DNA of 32,000 bases from Crocosphaera subtropica ATCC 51142 (GTDB lineage: Bacteria; Cyanobacteriota; Cyanobacteriia; Cyanobacteriales; Microcystaceae): contig NC_010546.1 in NCBI RefSeq assembly GCF_000017845.1, positions 4,050,001-4,082,000 of the forward strand, in the 5' to 3' direction. Position numbers and translations under genes: made by a program. Every line of letters begins with the position of its first letter. Within the stretch, counting starts at the first letter, position 1. Below the pieces are notes generated by a model, which did not search any database, had not been told where the DNA came from, and saw only the letters and a program-made list of their open reading frames with translations. Shown piece by piece: positions 16,315-26,226 of this stretch.

Positions 16315-17313
16315 ATGAGCAAAAACGAACGCCGAACCTTCTTATTAGACTTTGAGAAACCACTATGGGAATTAGAGGCTCGCATTGAACAAATTCGGCA
16401 CTTAGCTGAGGAAAATAATGTCGACGTTTCTGAACAAATTGCTCAGTTGGAAAGTCGAGCGCAAAATCTCAGACAAGAAATTTTTAGCAGTCTTACTCCG
16501 TCTCAGCGTCTGCAATTGGCTCGTCATCCTCGTCGACCTAGTACCTTAGATTATATTCAATCCATTGCCGATGAATGGTTTGAGTTGCATGGCGATCGCG
16601 GGGGATACGATGATCCTGCCTTGGTGGGAGGAGTCGCCCGTTTAGGGGGTCGTCCAGTCGTGATTCTGGGTCATCAAAAAGGACGGGATACCAAAGATAA
16701 TGTAGCCAGAAACTTCGGAATGCCGGCACCAGGTGGATACCGTAAAGCTATTCGCTTAATGGAACACGCTAATCAGTTTTCGATGCCCATTTTGACCTTT
16801 ATTGATACCCCTGGGGCTTGGGCGGGGGTGGACGCTGAAAAACTCGGTCAAGGAGAAGCGATCGCTTTTAACCTTCGTCAAATGTTTAGTTTCGATGTCC
16901 CTATTATTTGTACGGTGATCGGGGAAGGGGGATCGGGAGGAGCTTTAGGAATTGGGGTGGGAGATAAACTAATGATGCTCGAACACGCTGTTTATACAGT
17001 GGCTACCCCCGAAGCTTGTGCAGCCATTCTCTGGAAAGATGCTAAAAAATCTTCTCAAGCAGCCGTGGCTCTGAAAATTACAGCCAAGGATTTGAAAGAA
17101 CTGGGGATTATTGATACTATTATTCCAGAACCTTCTGGTGCTGCCCATGTTAATCCTTTAGAAGCAGCAGCTATTCTTAAAGAAACCCTGGTGAATAATT
17201 TAGAAGAATTATCCAATTTAACCCCAGAAGAACGAAAAACCCTACGCTATGAAAAATTCCGTCAGATTGGTGTGTTTCTAGAGTCAGACTCGAATCTTGC
17301 TCTTCATTCATAG
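16315..17313 (+). CDS. accA: Acetyl-CoA carboxylase carboxyltransferase subunit alpha
   Basis: [52 protein letters not shown]. Confidence 0.95.
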   Translation: MSKNERRTFLLDFEKPLWELEARIEQIRHLAEENNVDVSEQIAQLESRAQNLRQEIFSSLTPSQRLQLARHPRRPSTLDYIQSIADEWFELHGDRGGYDDPALVGGVARLGGRPVVILGHQKGRDTKDNVARNFGMPAPGGYRKAIRLMEHANQFSMPILTFIDTPGAWAGVDAEKLGQGEAIAFNLRQMFSFDVPIICTVIGEGGSGGALGIGVGDKLMMLEHAVYTVATPEACAAILWKDAKKSSQAAVALKITAKDLKELGIIDTIIPEPSGAAHVNPLEAAAILKETLVNNLEELSNLTPEERKTLRYEKFRQIGVFLESDSNLALHS

Positions 17314-17608
17314 TTCTTGGTCGGGGATCATCAACAAAATCATTGATTTTTAAGATCCCCCGTAAAGAACCGACCAGGAGATGTTATAATTGACTAGGTA
17401 AACTTTTGTAACAAAACATTAAAATCATTGTAGATGTTACTGAGGCTTTCCCCAAGGTAACCACTTTCTAGGAAAATTAGAAAGTTTCTGACGACACTGT
17501 AGGATAATTCCCCCGTGTCAGTTCCTAGAACCTGGCATCAAACCCTTGCCCACCATCTATGACGCTCTCCAGAGTGTTGAAATTTGAATATAGAAAGTAG
17601 ACTATATC

Positions 17609-18337
17609 ATGAGTTCTTCTTCAAGTCAACTAAACGCCATCATTACTGGAGCAAGCAGTGGTATAGGCAAAGCAACAAGTTTAGCCTTTGCTCAAGCGGG
17701 GATCAACGTCGCTTTAGTCAGCCGTTCTCTAGATGCCCTAGAAACGGTAGCTCAAGCTTGTACCCAAAAAGGAGTGAAGGCCAAACCCTATGTTATGGAC
17801 TTAAGTGAGTTAACCAAAATTCCAGCAACGATTCAGGATATTGTGGCTGATTTTGGCAACATCGATATTATAGTCAATAACGCAGGAATGGGCTACACCA
17901 ATTTGCTCAGGGAGACTTCCTTAGCAGACTGGCAACAGGTTATTAATTTGAACTTAACCAGCGTTTTTCAATGTGTACAAGGGGTTTTACCCCAGATGCG
18001 AGAGCGTAAAAAAGGGACCATTATTAATGTTGCTTCCATTGCAGCCAATCAAGTATTCCCAGAGTGGGGAGCCTATTCTGTGAGCAAAGCAGCTTTACTG
18101 TCTTTTTCTAAAGTATTAGCGGCCGAAGAGCGCAGTTATGGCATTCGTGTGATGACAGTCTCTCCTGGTGCGGTTAATACATCCATTTGGGACACAGACA
18201 CGGTACAAGCAGACTTTGATCGTAGTGCCATGCTAACTCCCGATCTGGTGGCGCAAACCATTCTTCAAGCGGCCTTATTACCAGCCGAAGCCGTTATTGA
18301 AGAGTTGACGATTTTACCTAGTGCTGGAACCCTTTAA
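17609..18337 (+). CDS. Short-chain dehydrogenase/reductase (SDR) family oxidoreductase
   Basis: [10 protein letters not shown] cofactor motif, NNAG, catalytic YSVSKAA. Confidence 0.9.
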   Translation: MSSSSSQLNAIITGASSGIGKATSLAFAQAGINVALVSRSLDALETVAQACTQKGVKAKPYVMDLSELTKIPATIQDIVADFGNIDIIVNNAGMGYTNLLRETSLADWQQVINLNLTSVFQCVQGVLPQMRERKKGTIINVASIAANQVFPEWGAYSVSKAALLSFSKVLAAEERSYGIRVMTVSPGAVNTSIWDTDTVQADFDRSAMLTPDLVAQTILQAALLPAEAVIEELTILPSAGTL

Positions 18338-18363
18338 TCCCAAGATCAGCGTTTTTTATTACT

Positions 18364-19083
18364 ATGACAATAGCTTCCTCCAACGGCTCCAACTTTCGTC
18401 AGTCTAATGGCTCTAACGTGCTTAACCCTAATTTAGTGGAACGGGTGGCCAGTAGACCTGATCGCAACACCCATAATGGACAACAGGCTACAATTCAGCC
18501 TACGTCTGATGAAAGCACCGAGAAAATGAAAGAAGCCGTCTACACCATGTTAGAAGCAGTAGGAGAAGATCCTGAACGTGAAGGGTTACTCAAAACCCCA
18601 AAACGGGTTGCAGAAGCCATGAAATTTCTAACTCAAGGCTATAATCAGTCCCTAGAAGAGTTGGTCAACGGAGCCATTTTTGATGAAGGCCATAATGAAA
18701 TGGTTCTAGTGCGAGATATCAATTTCTTTAGCCTCTGTGAACATCATATGTTACCTTTTATGGGACAAGCTCATGTAGCTTATATTCCTAACCAGAAAGT
18801 GGTCGGGTTGAGTAAATTGGCTCGTATCGTTGAGATGTACTCCCGTCGTTTACAAGTACAAGAACGTCTCACCCGTCAGATCGCTGAAGCCATCCAAGAA
18901 ATTCTAGAACCCCGTGGTGTAGCGGTAGTAATGGAAGCCAGTCATATGTGTATGGTCATGCGTGGGGTTCAAAAGCCGGGATCTTGGACCGTTACCAGTG
19001 CGATGATCGGCGAATTTGATGAAGAACAAAAAACCCGTGAAGAGTTTCTTAATTTAATTCGTCATCAACCCAAATTTTTTTAA
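18364..19083 (+). CDS. folE: GTP cyclohydrolase I (FolE type 1) with an Asn/Ser-rich N-terminal extension
   Basis: [57 protein letters not shown]. Confidence 0.95.
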   Translation: MTIASSNGSNFRQSNGSNVLNPNLVERVASRPDRNTHNGQQATIQPTSDESTEKMKEAVYTMLEAVGEDPEREGLLKTPKRVAEAMKFLTQGYNQSLEELVNGAIFDEGHNEMVLVRDINFFSLCEHHMLPFMGQAHVAYIPNQKVVGLSKLARIVEMYSRRLQVQERLTRQIAEAIQEILEPRGVAVVMEASHMCMVMRGVQKPGSWTVTSAMIGEFDEEQKTREEFLNLIRHQPKFF

Positions 19084-19105
19084 AGGATTGAGTGCTTAAA
19101 CTATT

Positions 19106-19129
19106 AGGGGTCAACCATAGTTGACCCCT
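19106..19129. terminator. Bidirectional terminator hairpin between convergent folE and the Psb34-like gene
   Basis: AGGGGTCAAC (19106-19115), loop CATA, GTTGACCCCT (19120-19129). Perfect 10-bp stem. Confidence 0.6.
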
Positions 19130-19160
19130 TAGTTAATATAAATTAATTTGGTTAGGTAAT

Positions 19161-19349
19161 TTAGCTAACACCAGCATTGGAGGAGGCGTAAACAGCAACG
19201 GTTAGTAAGCCACCGATTAACAACACGGCCGCAACTCCCATGATAATATAGTTACGTTGTTGAGAGGGGCTGGGAGGCTTTGCTTCATAAACCTTGGGTT
19301 CTACGGCAAAGTTATTTAAGCGTCCGCCTTCTTCTGTGGTATAGGGCAT
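19161..19349 (-). CDS. Single-TM small protein, ssl1498/Psb34-like (photosystem II assembly, light-harvesting-like family)
   Basis: MPYTTEEGGRLNNFAVEPKVY followed by one TM helix (YIIMGVAAVLLIGGLLTVAVYA). Family recalled from memory, not searched. Confidence 0.55.
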   Translation of the reverse strand: MPYTTEEGGRLNNFAVEPKVYEAKPPSPSQQRNYIIMGVAAVLLIGGLLTVAVYASSNAGVS

Positions 19350-19704
19350 AAAAAATCCTCTTATGTACTTTTTTTTAATCTAGGTTTCCCTCTTAATATA
19401 ATATAAAAAAACTTTACAAACAAGGGTAAGACGAATGAACTAAGAGCCAACCCATAAGAATAATATCTTGTCCCTTATCACCAGTATTTAGGCACATTAT
19501 TAACTGTGCGCCAATGGGTACCATTATCTATTCTCCTATAAGTAAAAATTAGCAGAAATCCGTAGCTTTACTGAAACTATCATCATCTCAATAAGTTAGC
19601 CTATATAATAGCCCCGATTATTACTTATTTTTATCAACAAAATTAAAGTTCTTAAATTAGGGTTATTGTATCACCTTTACTTTTTATGTTGGTAGTTTCT
19701 GCTG

Positions 19705-22269
19705 ATGAAATTTCCATTTTATCCTCGTTATTTATCTTTCTATCTTCCTCTAGTTATTAGTCTTTTCATAGGAGGAGGACTTTCAATTTTGCTTACTTTA
19801 ATATATTGGTCTTCAGAAGTTTACAAAGTTAAGACAAATTTTGAAAAACAAGGAGATCATTTGGTTGAAAATTTACAACAACATATTCAAGAATATATCA
19901 ACATTACGGACGCATTAGGAGCATTTTATGAGGCTTCAGATCAAGTTACACGCCAAGATTTTAAACTTTTTACCGAACATTTTTTAGATGAAAATTTAGG
20001 AATTTTAGGAATGGCCTGGGTTCCAAAAGTTTCCCAAAAAGACCGTTTTCTTTATGAAGAAGAAATGAAAAAAGCCGGATTTCCAAATTTTAAAATTTGG
20101 ACTAAACAGGGAAATAATCTTAGGGATAGAAATGAATATTTCCCAGTAACCTACGGCGAACCCAAAGAAATTTATCACTCAGTTATTGGTCTAGAATTAA
20201 GTTCAAGTGAAATTTTAAATAGTCCATTAAAAAAAGCAAGAGATACAGGGGAAATTACTGCGAGTCAGCCAGTTAAGCTAATTAATGAAGGTCAAGGTTT
20301 TATGTTATACTATCCCGTCTATCGTCGGGAAAGTTATGCTGAAACTGTTGAAGAACGTCGTCAAGAATTTAAGGGAATTGTTTATACAGTTTATCGACTT
20401 GAAGATTTAATTAAACTTACGCTACATCATTCATCTTCTCCTAACCGTAGTTTTTTTCTGAGTAATACACCAACTTTACAAGATAATAGCATTATTTTAA
20501 GTTTTGATGCTGATACACAAATCATTAACACAACGACAAGGCTTCCGTTTTCAATACCATCAAGCTGTCAAAGCTTATTACAATGCCAGAGAAAAATAAC
20601 AATAGCTGATACTCACTGGTTTATAACAATAATTCCTACAAATCAACAGAACTTAATTATTATAAAATCTGTTTTTGTTTTTCTATTAGGATTACTATTG
20701 ACGGTATTAATAACAACCTATTTATGGAAAACTTTATCAGAAAAAAATCATATTGAACAAGTTATTACCGAAAGAACAAATGCTTTAATCAAAACCACTG
20801 AAGAATTAGAACAAATAGTTGAACAAAGAACTAATGAATTAGAAAAAGCTAATGAAGAGAAAAATCAAATCCTAGATAAAATTAATCATGAATTAAGAAT
20901 CCCTTTGAATAATGTTTTGGGTTTTTTAGATTTATTAGGTTCAGAACATAGTTTAACAGAAAAGAAAGACAATAGTCTTCAGATTATACAGGAAAATAGT
21001 CAGTATTTATTGAGATTGTTTAATCAAATATTGGAATTTTCTAAGGTAACATCAGGGGAGATATTAATTCAATGTAATATTGTTAATTTAGAGAATTTAG
21101 TGACTACCGTTTTGAAGCAATTTGAGCAACAAGCTGAAGTGAAAAAACTCACGTTAAGTTATTCTATTGATTCAGAAGTTTTTCCCTATCTAAAAATTGA
21201 TGAAAGTAAACTGATTAAAATTTTAAGTAATCTGCTAGATAACGCTATAAAGTTCAGTAATCAAGGGATTATTACTATTAGAGTATTTTGTGATAATCAG
21301 GCGTGGCTTTTAGATAATGAGATTGATGATTACACTGATGATAACTTTCAAAAAAATCTTTGGATTGAAATAGAAGATCATGGAAATGGTATTCCGATAG
21401 AAATTCAAGAAAAAGTTTTTGATCCTTTTTTTAGATCAAAAGATAATAAAGGAGTTGGTTTAGGATTATCTATTACTCATAAATTAGTCGATTTAATGGG
21501 GGGAAAAATTTATTTAAAAAGTCAATTAGGTCAAGGAACAATCGTTCAATTTCATTTTCCAGTCACGGTTCCTAAACCCGAAGAAATTTATAAAACTCCT
21601 ACAAACCAAAAAATAGTAAGTATTGCTAATTATGAACCAGACTATCGTATTTTAGTTATTGATGATCAAATTGAAAGTAGAGAAGTATTCATCAATTTTT
21701 TAGAACCTCTTGGTTTTCAGCTTAAACAAGCAAATTACCTAGAAAATGCTCTTAATATAGCGCAAAATTGGCATCCTCATTTGATTTTTATAGATATTAA
21801 AATACTTTTTTTAAATAAGAAAGTCAATCTGAAGAAGCTTAAAAATTATTGCTCATTAGAGCAGGTTATTGTTATTGGAATAGCATCAGGAAAATTTGAA
21901 GATAGTCAAGTCAATAAATTGCAATTTTGGTGTGATGATTGTCTTTATAAACCATTTGCTATTGAACTTATTTTAGACAAAATAAACTATTATTTAGGAG
22001 TTCGCTATCGTTATGAACATGAAGAAAATGAAATAATTAGTACAGGAAAAATTGTCAAAAAATTAAACTCTGCTTCTGTAGCAATGATGTCTTCACAGTG
22101 GCTTGAGCAAGTTTATTGGGCTGCTAGTTCAGGAAACAGTAATGTTTTAAAAGAATTAATTCAACAAATACCTGATAATTATTCTCCAGTGATAAACGGG
22201 ATGATGGAATTAGTTAATACTTTTAATTATCGTAAAATTAGACAAATTATTCAACCCTTGATTGATTAA
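19705..22269 (+). CDS. Hybrid sensor histidine kinase: TM + CHASE-type extracytoplasmic domain + TM + coiled coil + HisKA + HATPase_c + receiver + C-terminal helical (Hpt-like, no obvious His) module
   Basis: CHASE-like FKLFTEHFLDENLGILGMAWVPKV...YFPVTY...ASQPVKLINEGQGFMLYYPVY. H-box INHELRIPLNNVLGF, N-box NLLDNAIKF, DHGNGI, GVGLGLSI. Receiver ILVIDDQ...LIFIDIK...LYKPF. Confidence 0.85.
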   Translation: MKFPFYPRYLSFYLPLVISLFIGGGLSILLTLIYWSSEVYKVKTNFEKQGDHLVENLQQHIQEYINITDALGAFYEASDQVTRQDFKLFTEHFLDENLGILGMAWVPKVSQKDRFLYEEEMKKAGFPNFKIWTKQGNNLRDRNEYFPVTYGEPKEIYHSVIGLELSSSEILNSPLKKARDTGEITASQPVKLINEGQGFMLYYPVYRRESYAETVEERRQEFKGIVYTVYRLEDLIKLTLHHSSSPNRSFFLSNTPTLQDNSIILSFDADTQIINTTTRLPFSIPSSCQSLLQCQRKITIADTHWFITIIPTNQQNLIIIKSVFVFLLGLLLTVLITTYLWKTLSEKNHIEQVITERTNALIKTTEELEQIVEQRTNELEKANEEKNQILDKINHELRIPLNNVLGFLDLLGSEHSLTEKKDNSLQIIQENSQYLLRLFNQILEFSKVTSGEILIQCNIVNLENLVTTVLKQFEQQAEVKKLTLSYSIDSEVFPYLKIDESKLIKILSNLLDNAIKFSNQGIITIRVFCDNQAWLLDNEIDDYTDDNFQKNLWIEIEDHGNGIPIEIQEKVFDPFFRSKDNKGVGLGLSITHKLVDLMGGKIYLKSQLGQGTIVQFHFPVTVPKPEEIYKTPTNQKIVSIANYEPDYRILVIDDQIESREVFINFLEPLGFQLKQANYLENALNIAQNWHPHLIFIDIKILFLNKKVNLKKLKNYCSLEQVIVIGIASGKFEDSQVNKLQFWCDDCLYKPFAIELILDKINYYLGVRYRYEHEENEIISTGKIVKKLNSASVAMMSSQWLEQVYWAASSGNSNVLKELIQQIPDNYSPVINGMMELVNTFNYRKIRQIIQPLID

Positions 22270-22271
22270 TT

Positions 22272-23723
22272 ATGAATACACATAAATTGCAAAAAGCTAA
22301 TATCTTAATCGTTGATAATCAAATTGATAGTCTAAAATTATTATCCAAAATTCTTGAAGAGCAAGACTATCAAGTCAGACAAGCCATCGATGGAGAAATG
22401 GCTTTAATTGCAGTAAACACAGAAATTCCTGATTTAATTATTTTGGGCATTAATCTAGATAAAGTCGATGGCTATCAAGTATGTGAAAAAATAAAAAAAC
22501 AAGAAAAAATGTCTGATATTCCTATTATTTTTTTGAGTAATTTTGATGATTATGGGCAAAAAATAAAAGCCTTACAAATGGGAGCAATTGATTATATTAT
22601 TAAACCCTATCAACAAAAAGAATTCTTAGCCAGGGTCAATAATCAAATTAACTTAAGCTTAAAAACTCAACAATTAAAAGAAACCAATCATAATCTAGAG
22701 CAGAAACTAAAATTAATTGAAGTTTCTCAACAATTTAATCAAAAAATCCCACTAGAATCTTATTTATTATATGAAGCGATCGCCGCAACAAATAATAGTA
22801 TTGTGATTACAGATGCAACTGCTTCTGATTATCCCATTATCTATGTTAATCCAGGGTTTGAAACAATGACAGGATATTCCTTGGAAGAAGTAACTGGAAA
22901 AAATTGTCGTTTTTTACAAGAAAGCGATCGCCAACAACCTCAACTTGAGGAAATACGTCACTGTCTTCAACAGGGACAACCCTGTCATGTTACCCTCAGA
23001 AACTATCGTAAAGATGGTTCATTATTTTGGAACGAAATGTCTCTATCTCCCATTAAAGATGAATCAGGTAAAATTATTTATTATCTGGCAGTACAAACCG
23101 ATGTTACTGATAAAAAAAGAGCCAATAAAGAGCAACAAAGATACGAAGCTTCTCTACAAAAAATGAATCGAGAATTACATGAACTTAACCGAAAATTATA
23201 TCGTTTAGCTAACATGGATGGGTTAACAGAAGTAGCTAACCGTCGCTGTTTTGATGAGACGTTAGAACAAGAATGGCGGCGGTTGAGTCGAGAAAAAAAA
23301 CCTTTATCCCTAATTTTGGGAGATATTGATTACTTTAAACGCTATAATGATAACTATGGACATTTAGGCGGTGATGATTGTCTCAAGAAAGTCGCAGCAA
23401 CCATCGCTAAAGCTGCTTTAAGACCGGCTGATTTAGTCGCCCGTTATGGGGGAGAAGAATTTGCTGTAATCCTCCCTGATACCCCCTATGAAGGGGCTAA
23501 ACAAGTGGCTCAAAGAATTTTAGAGTCTCTTCGTAGATTGAGGATACCTCATCAAGTCTCCGATGTTCAACCCTATGTCACCATGAGTTTAGGGGTAGGA
23601 ACCATTAATCCTTCTTTGGAGACAAAGGCCACTTGCTTTGTGGATCAGGTGGATGAGGCCTTATTTGAGGCCAAAAAACAAGGACGTGATCGCTTTAAAG
23701 GGGTTGACAAACAGACATCTTGA
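22272..23723 (+). CDS. Pseudo-receiver + LOV (blue-light PAS) + GGDEF diguanylate cyclase
   Basis: Receiver fold with Gly at the phospho-acceptor position (PDLIILGINLDKVDG) and DN in place of DD. LOV core GKNCRFLQ (Cys codon 22905-22907) with RNYRKDGSLFWNEMSLSPI. GGDEF active site RYGGEEFAVIL. Starts 2 nt after the kinase stop codon. Confidence 0.9.
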   Translation: MNTHKLQKANILIVDNQIDSLKLLSKILEEQDYQVRQAIDGEMALIAVNTEIPDLIILGINLDKVDGYQVCEKIKKQEKMSDIPIIFLSNFDDYGQKIKALQMGAIDYIIKPYQQKEFLARVNNQINLSLKTQQLKETNHNLEQKLKLIEVSQQFNQKIPLESYLLYEAIAATNNSIVITDATASDYPIIYVNPGFETMTGYSLEEVTGKNCRFLQESDRQQPQLEEIRHCLQQGQPCHVTLRNYRKDGSLFWNEMSLSPIKDESGKIIYYLAVQTDVTDKKRANKEQQRYEASLQKMNRELHELNRKLYRLANMDGLTEVANRRCFDETLEQEWRRLSREKKPLSLILGDIDYFKRYNDNYGHLGGDDCLKKVAATIAKAALRPADLVARYGGEEFAVILPDTPYEGAKQVAQRILESLRRLRIPHQVSDVQPYVTMSLGVGTINPSLETKATCFVDQVDEALFEAKKQGRDRFKGVDKQTS

Positions 23724-23778
23724 TCCCTGTGTAACAATGTAAGAGTTAGCAGATAGTTAACCAAGAGGAAAATTCAAG

Positions 23779-24222
23779 ATGACTACCGAATCTCAAGTAC
23801 CCAAAGAAAGAGCCATTACCCCGACAGACACCGAAGATACAGCGATTACCCCTGAAGTGGTTTCCGAGGAATCATCTTCAACCTCTAGCGAGATTCAACA
23901 AGAAACAACCGCCCTCATTGAGGCCATTAGAAGTAAAGCCTTGACCGAGGCCAAAGAGGCGGGAGAATTAGCCCGTGAGAGTTATTTAGACACAGTTCGT
24001 CGCATTCGTCAAGATATCGAAGAACGAAAACTATTTGATCCTCATCGCATTGATGAAGCGGTCAAATATATTCAAAAGGAGGTAGAAAAAGATTGGGACA
24101 GTATTGTTAAAGAATGGAATAGCGTCGTTAAAGAAGTGAGTAGTTTTGGCGATCGCCTGAATGAAGCGGCCAAAGCTGCCTGGGAAATTTTAACCGCACC
24201 TTCTAAGGATAAGAATAGTTAG
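23779..24222 (+). CDS. Hypothetical acidic, helical protein (147 aa)
   Basis: ORF with SD (AAGAGGAA). Followed by the terminator at 24269-24303. No family recognised. Confidence 0.55.
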   Translation: MTTESQVPKERAITPTDTEDTAITPEVVSEESSSTSSEIQQETTALIEAIRSKALTEAKEAGELARESYLDTVRRIRQDIEERKLFDPHRIDEAVKYIQKEVEKDWDSIVKEWNSVVKEVSSFGDRLNEAAKAAWEILTAPSKDKNS

Positions 24223-24268
24223 GTTTAATTTTTTCCGCTAGATTCCTAACTCAATAACTGAAACTTTT

Positions 24269-24303
24269 TAGGTGGGCCATGCTCACCTAAATTTTATTTT
24301 TTT
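24269..24303 (+). terminator. Rho-independent terminator; its stem is a diverged copy of the GGTGGGC...GCCCACC hairpin family
   Basis: TAGGTGGGC, loop CAT, GCTCACCTA (one G-T wobble), followed by AATTTTATTTTTTT. Confidence 0.6.
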
Positions 24304-24587
24304 AGAAAAATCATAATAGTAATCTAATTTTTTGTGAGAATCAATTTTAACCATTTTCTTGCCTTTCTTTAATTATCCTGTTTTATTTGATAGTTAAATT
24401 GAGTGATGATTGAAACAAAATCAAAATTTAAGGCTTTTTGCTTATTGACATTTTATCTCATTTTTTTGCTTAAAGTTTGTTTATTTATCTTCATTTATTT
24501 TGATTTATTTTTTACTTTTCTTTGACTTACTTTATTTATTTTATCAACTTATTGATGATGAAAAAATAGAGGTAGCTGTCAGTTATA

Positions 24588-25970
24588 ATGGCATTATTGC
24601 AACGAAAAGCAATACCCCGCTACAAGGAAAAAATTGTTATGAGTGATGTCGTACTTCATGTGTTTAATTGGAAGTATCAAGAAATTATTGATCGACTAGG
24701 AGAAATACGGGAAGCAGGTTATGGTGCGCTACTCATTCCACCTATTCTTTATTCAGATGTCAATTCTCATGACTGGTGGCAACGTTATCAACCTAAAGAT
24801 TATCGAGTGCTTTTGTCCCATTTAGGAGGGAAAAAAGAACTAGAAGAACTAATTAAACAATGTCATACCGGTAAGCCTAAACTAAAAGTCTATGCTGATA
24901 TTGTCATCAACCACATGGCCAATGAAAATAGGGAAGATCGGTTAAACTTTCCAGGGGAGGCTGAACTCGCTAACTATCGACATAACCGAGACTTATTTGA
25001 AGCCAATAAATTGTATGGCGATTTGAATGAAGGCTTATTTTCTGGTCATGATTTTAATCGTTCAGGAAATATTCAAGATCATGAATGGTCTGACCGGCAC
25101 CGAGTTGTCTATGGAGATATTAGTGATTTACCCGATTTAATGGACTCTCCTTGGGTTTTGTTGCAGCAACGAACCATGTTGGCGGCTTTAGCAGAAATGG
25201 GCTTTGATGGATTCCGTATTGATGCTATTAAACATATCAGCACCCGAATGATTGATAATTTTGCTGATAGTGATTCATTGGCTGGACGCTATTTGTTTGG
25301 GGAAGTTTTGACCACGAATGATCATGAAGAAAAAACCTTTTTAGATCCCTTTCTCCAAGAAACTTGGATATCTGCCTATGATTTCCGTTTGTTTCAAACC
25401 ATCCGCAACGCATTCACTATGGGAGGTTCCCTGAGAACACTAGCGCGTCCTGAAAGTGAGAATAATGGTTTACCTTGGGCTAGGTCTGTTACTTTTGTCG
25501 TCAATCATGATCTTCCTCATAATGAGGATTTTCGTAACTTGTTACTGGACCGCACCGATGAAAATTTAGCTTATGCTTATATTGTGGGGAAAGATGGCGG
25601 TCTTCCGTTAATTTATTCTGATCATAACGAATCTGTTCACAGACATCCTGAAGATCACGATCGCTGGTGTGATGCGTTTAAACGAGAGGATATTAAGCGC
25701 ATGATTCGCTTTCACAGTCAGGTTCAGGGGAAAAAGATGACCATGTTATATGAAAGCGACTTAGTGTTAATCTTCAGACGGGGAGATTGTGGCATTGTTG
25801 CTATCAATAAAGGGGGTGATCATGCTTCAGTGGAGTTTGACACTTCAGGCTTAAAAAATCCCAGTCTCTACGAAGATTGTCTGAATAATAACAAAATGAC
25901 AATCGAGGGCGATCGCTTTAACCTATCAATTAATCCGAGAACCGCTCAAATGTGGTTAGCTCAAAAATGA
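24588..25970 (+). CDS. GH13 alpha-amylase-family glycoside hydrolase
   Basis: Conserved regions DIVINHMA, GFRIDAIKH, GEVL, FVVNHD. The real start may be ATG 24639 (MSDVVLHVFNW). Confidence 0.85.
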   Translation: MALLQRKAIPRYKEKIVMSDVVLHVFNWKYQEIIDRLGEIREAGYGALLIPPILYSDVNSHDWWQRYQPKDYRVLLSHLGGKKELEELIKQCHTGKPKLKVYADIVINHMANENREDRLNFPGEAELANYRHNRDLFEANKLYGDLNEGLFSGHDFNRSGNIQDHEWSDRHRVVYGDISDLPDLMDSPWVLLQQRTMLAALAEMGFDGFRIDAIKHISTRMIDNFADSDSLAGRYLFGEVLTTNDHEEKTFLDPFLQETWISAYDFRLFQTIRNAFTMGGSLRTLARPESENNGLPWARSVTFVVNHDLPHNEDFRNLLLDRTDENLAYAYIVGKDGGLPLIYSDHNESVHRHPEDHDRWCDAFKREDIKRMIRFHSQVQGKKMTMLYESDLVLIFRRGDCGIVAINKGGDHASVEFDTSGLKNPSLYEDCLNNNKMTIEGDRFNLSINPRTAQMWLAQK

Positions 25971-26055
25971 AGCGCACCGCAAAACAGATCTCTTTGCGAT
26001 CGTTTTATTTTTGTTGAGGATTGTATATCAGTTTTCAACAATTTTCAAACAGTAA

Positions 26056-26072
26056 GGTGGGCATTGCCCACC
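26056..26072. repeat. Palindromic hairpin GGTGGGCATTGCCCACC, copy 1 (identical copy at 28359-28375)
   Basis: 7-bp GC-rich stem with a 3-nt loop, read directly. It abuts the truncated higA-like fragment. Confidence 0.7.
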
Positions 26073-26086
26073 CTACTATTCATAGG

Positions 26087-26155
26087 AGTTTATTATAAAT
26101 ATCTTGGTTAATTATAAGAATCATAGTTTTAGATTAATCTCATTCAATTAAGTTA
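26087..26155 (-). pseudogene. Remnant of the 5' end plus upstream region of a higA-like gene (paralog of 27076-27144)
   Basis: Ungapped alignment to 27076-27144 gives 53/69 identities. Encodes MILIINQDIYNKLL-stop versus MALTINPDTYNQLLIK in the intact gene. Confidence 0.5.
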
Positions 26156-26226
26156 AAATAGATTTTAATTTTAAGTGATTACGTTCCAATTAACTTATTA
26201 TATTCTGCATGAGATCCAATCCAAAA

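Noticed and set aside
24300-24587. AT-rich tract with TTTATTTAT-type repeats upstream of the amylase gene, considered as a repeat array or CRISPR-like element
   Set aside because: It is low-complexity with irregular spacing and has no conserved repeat-spacer architecture. Most likely it is just an AT-rich promoter region.
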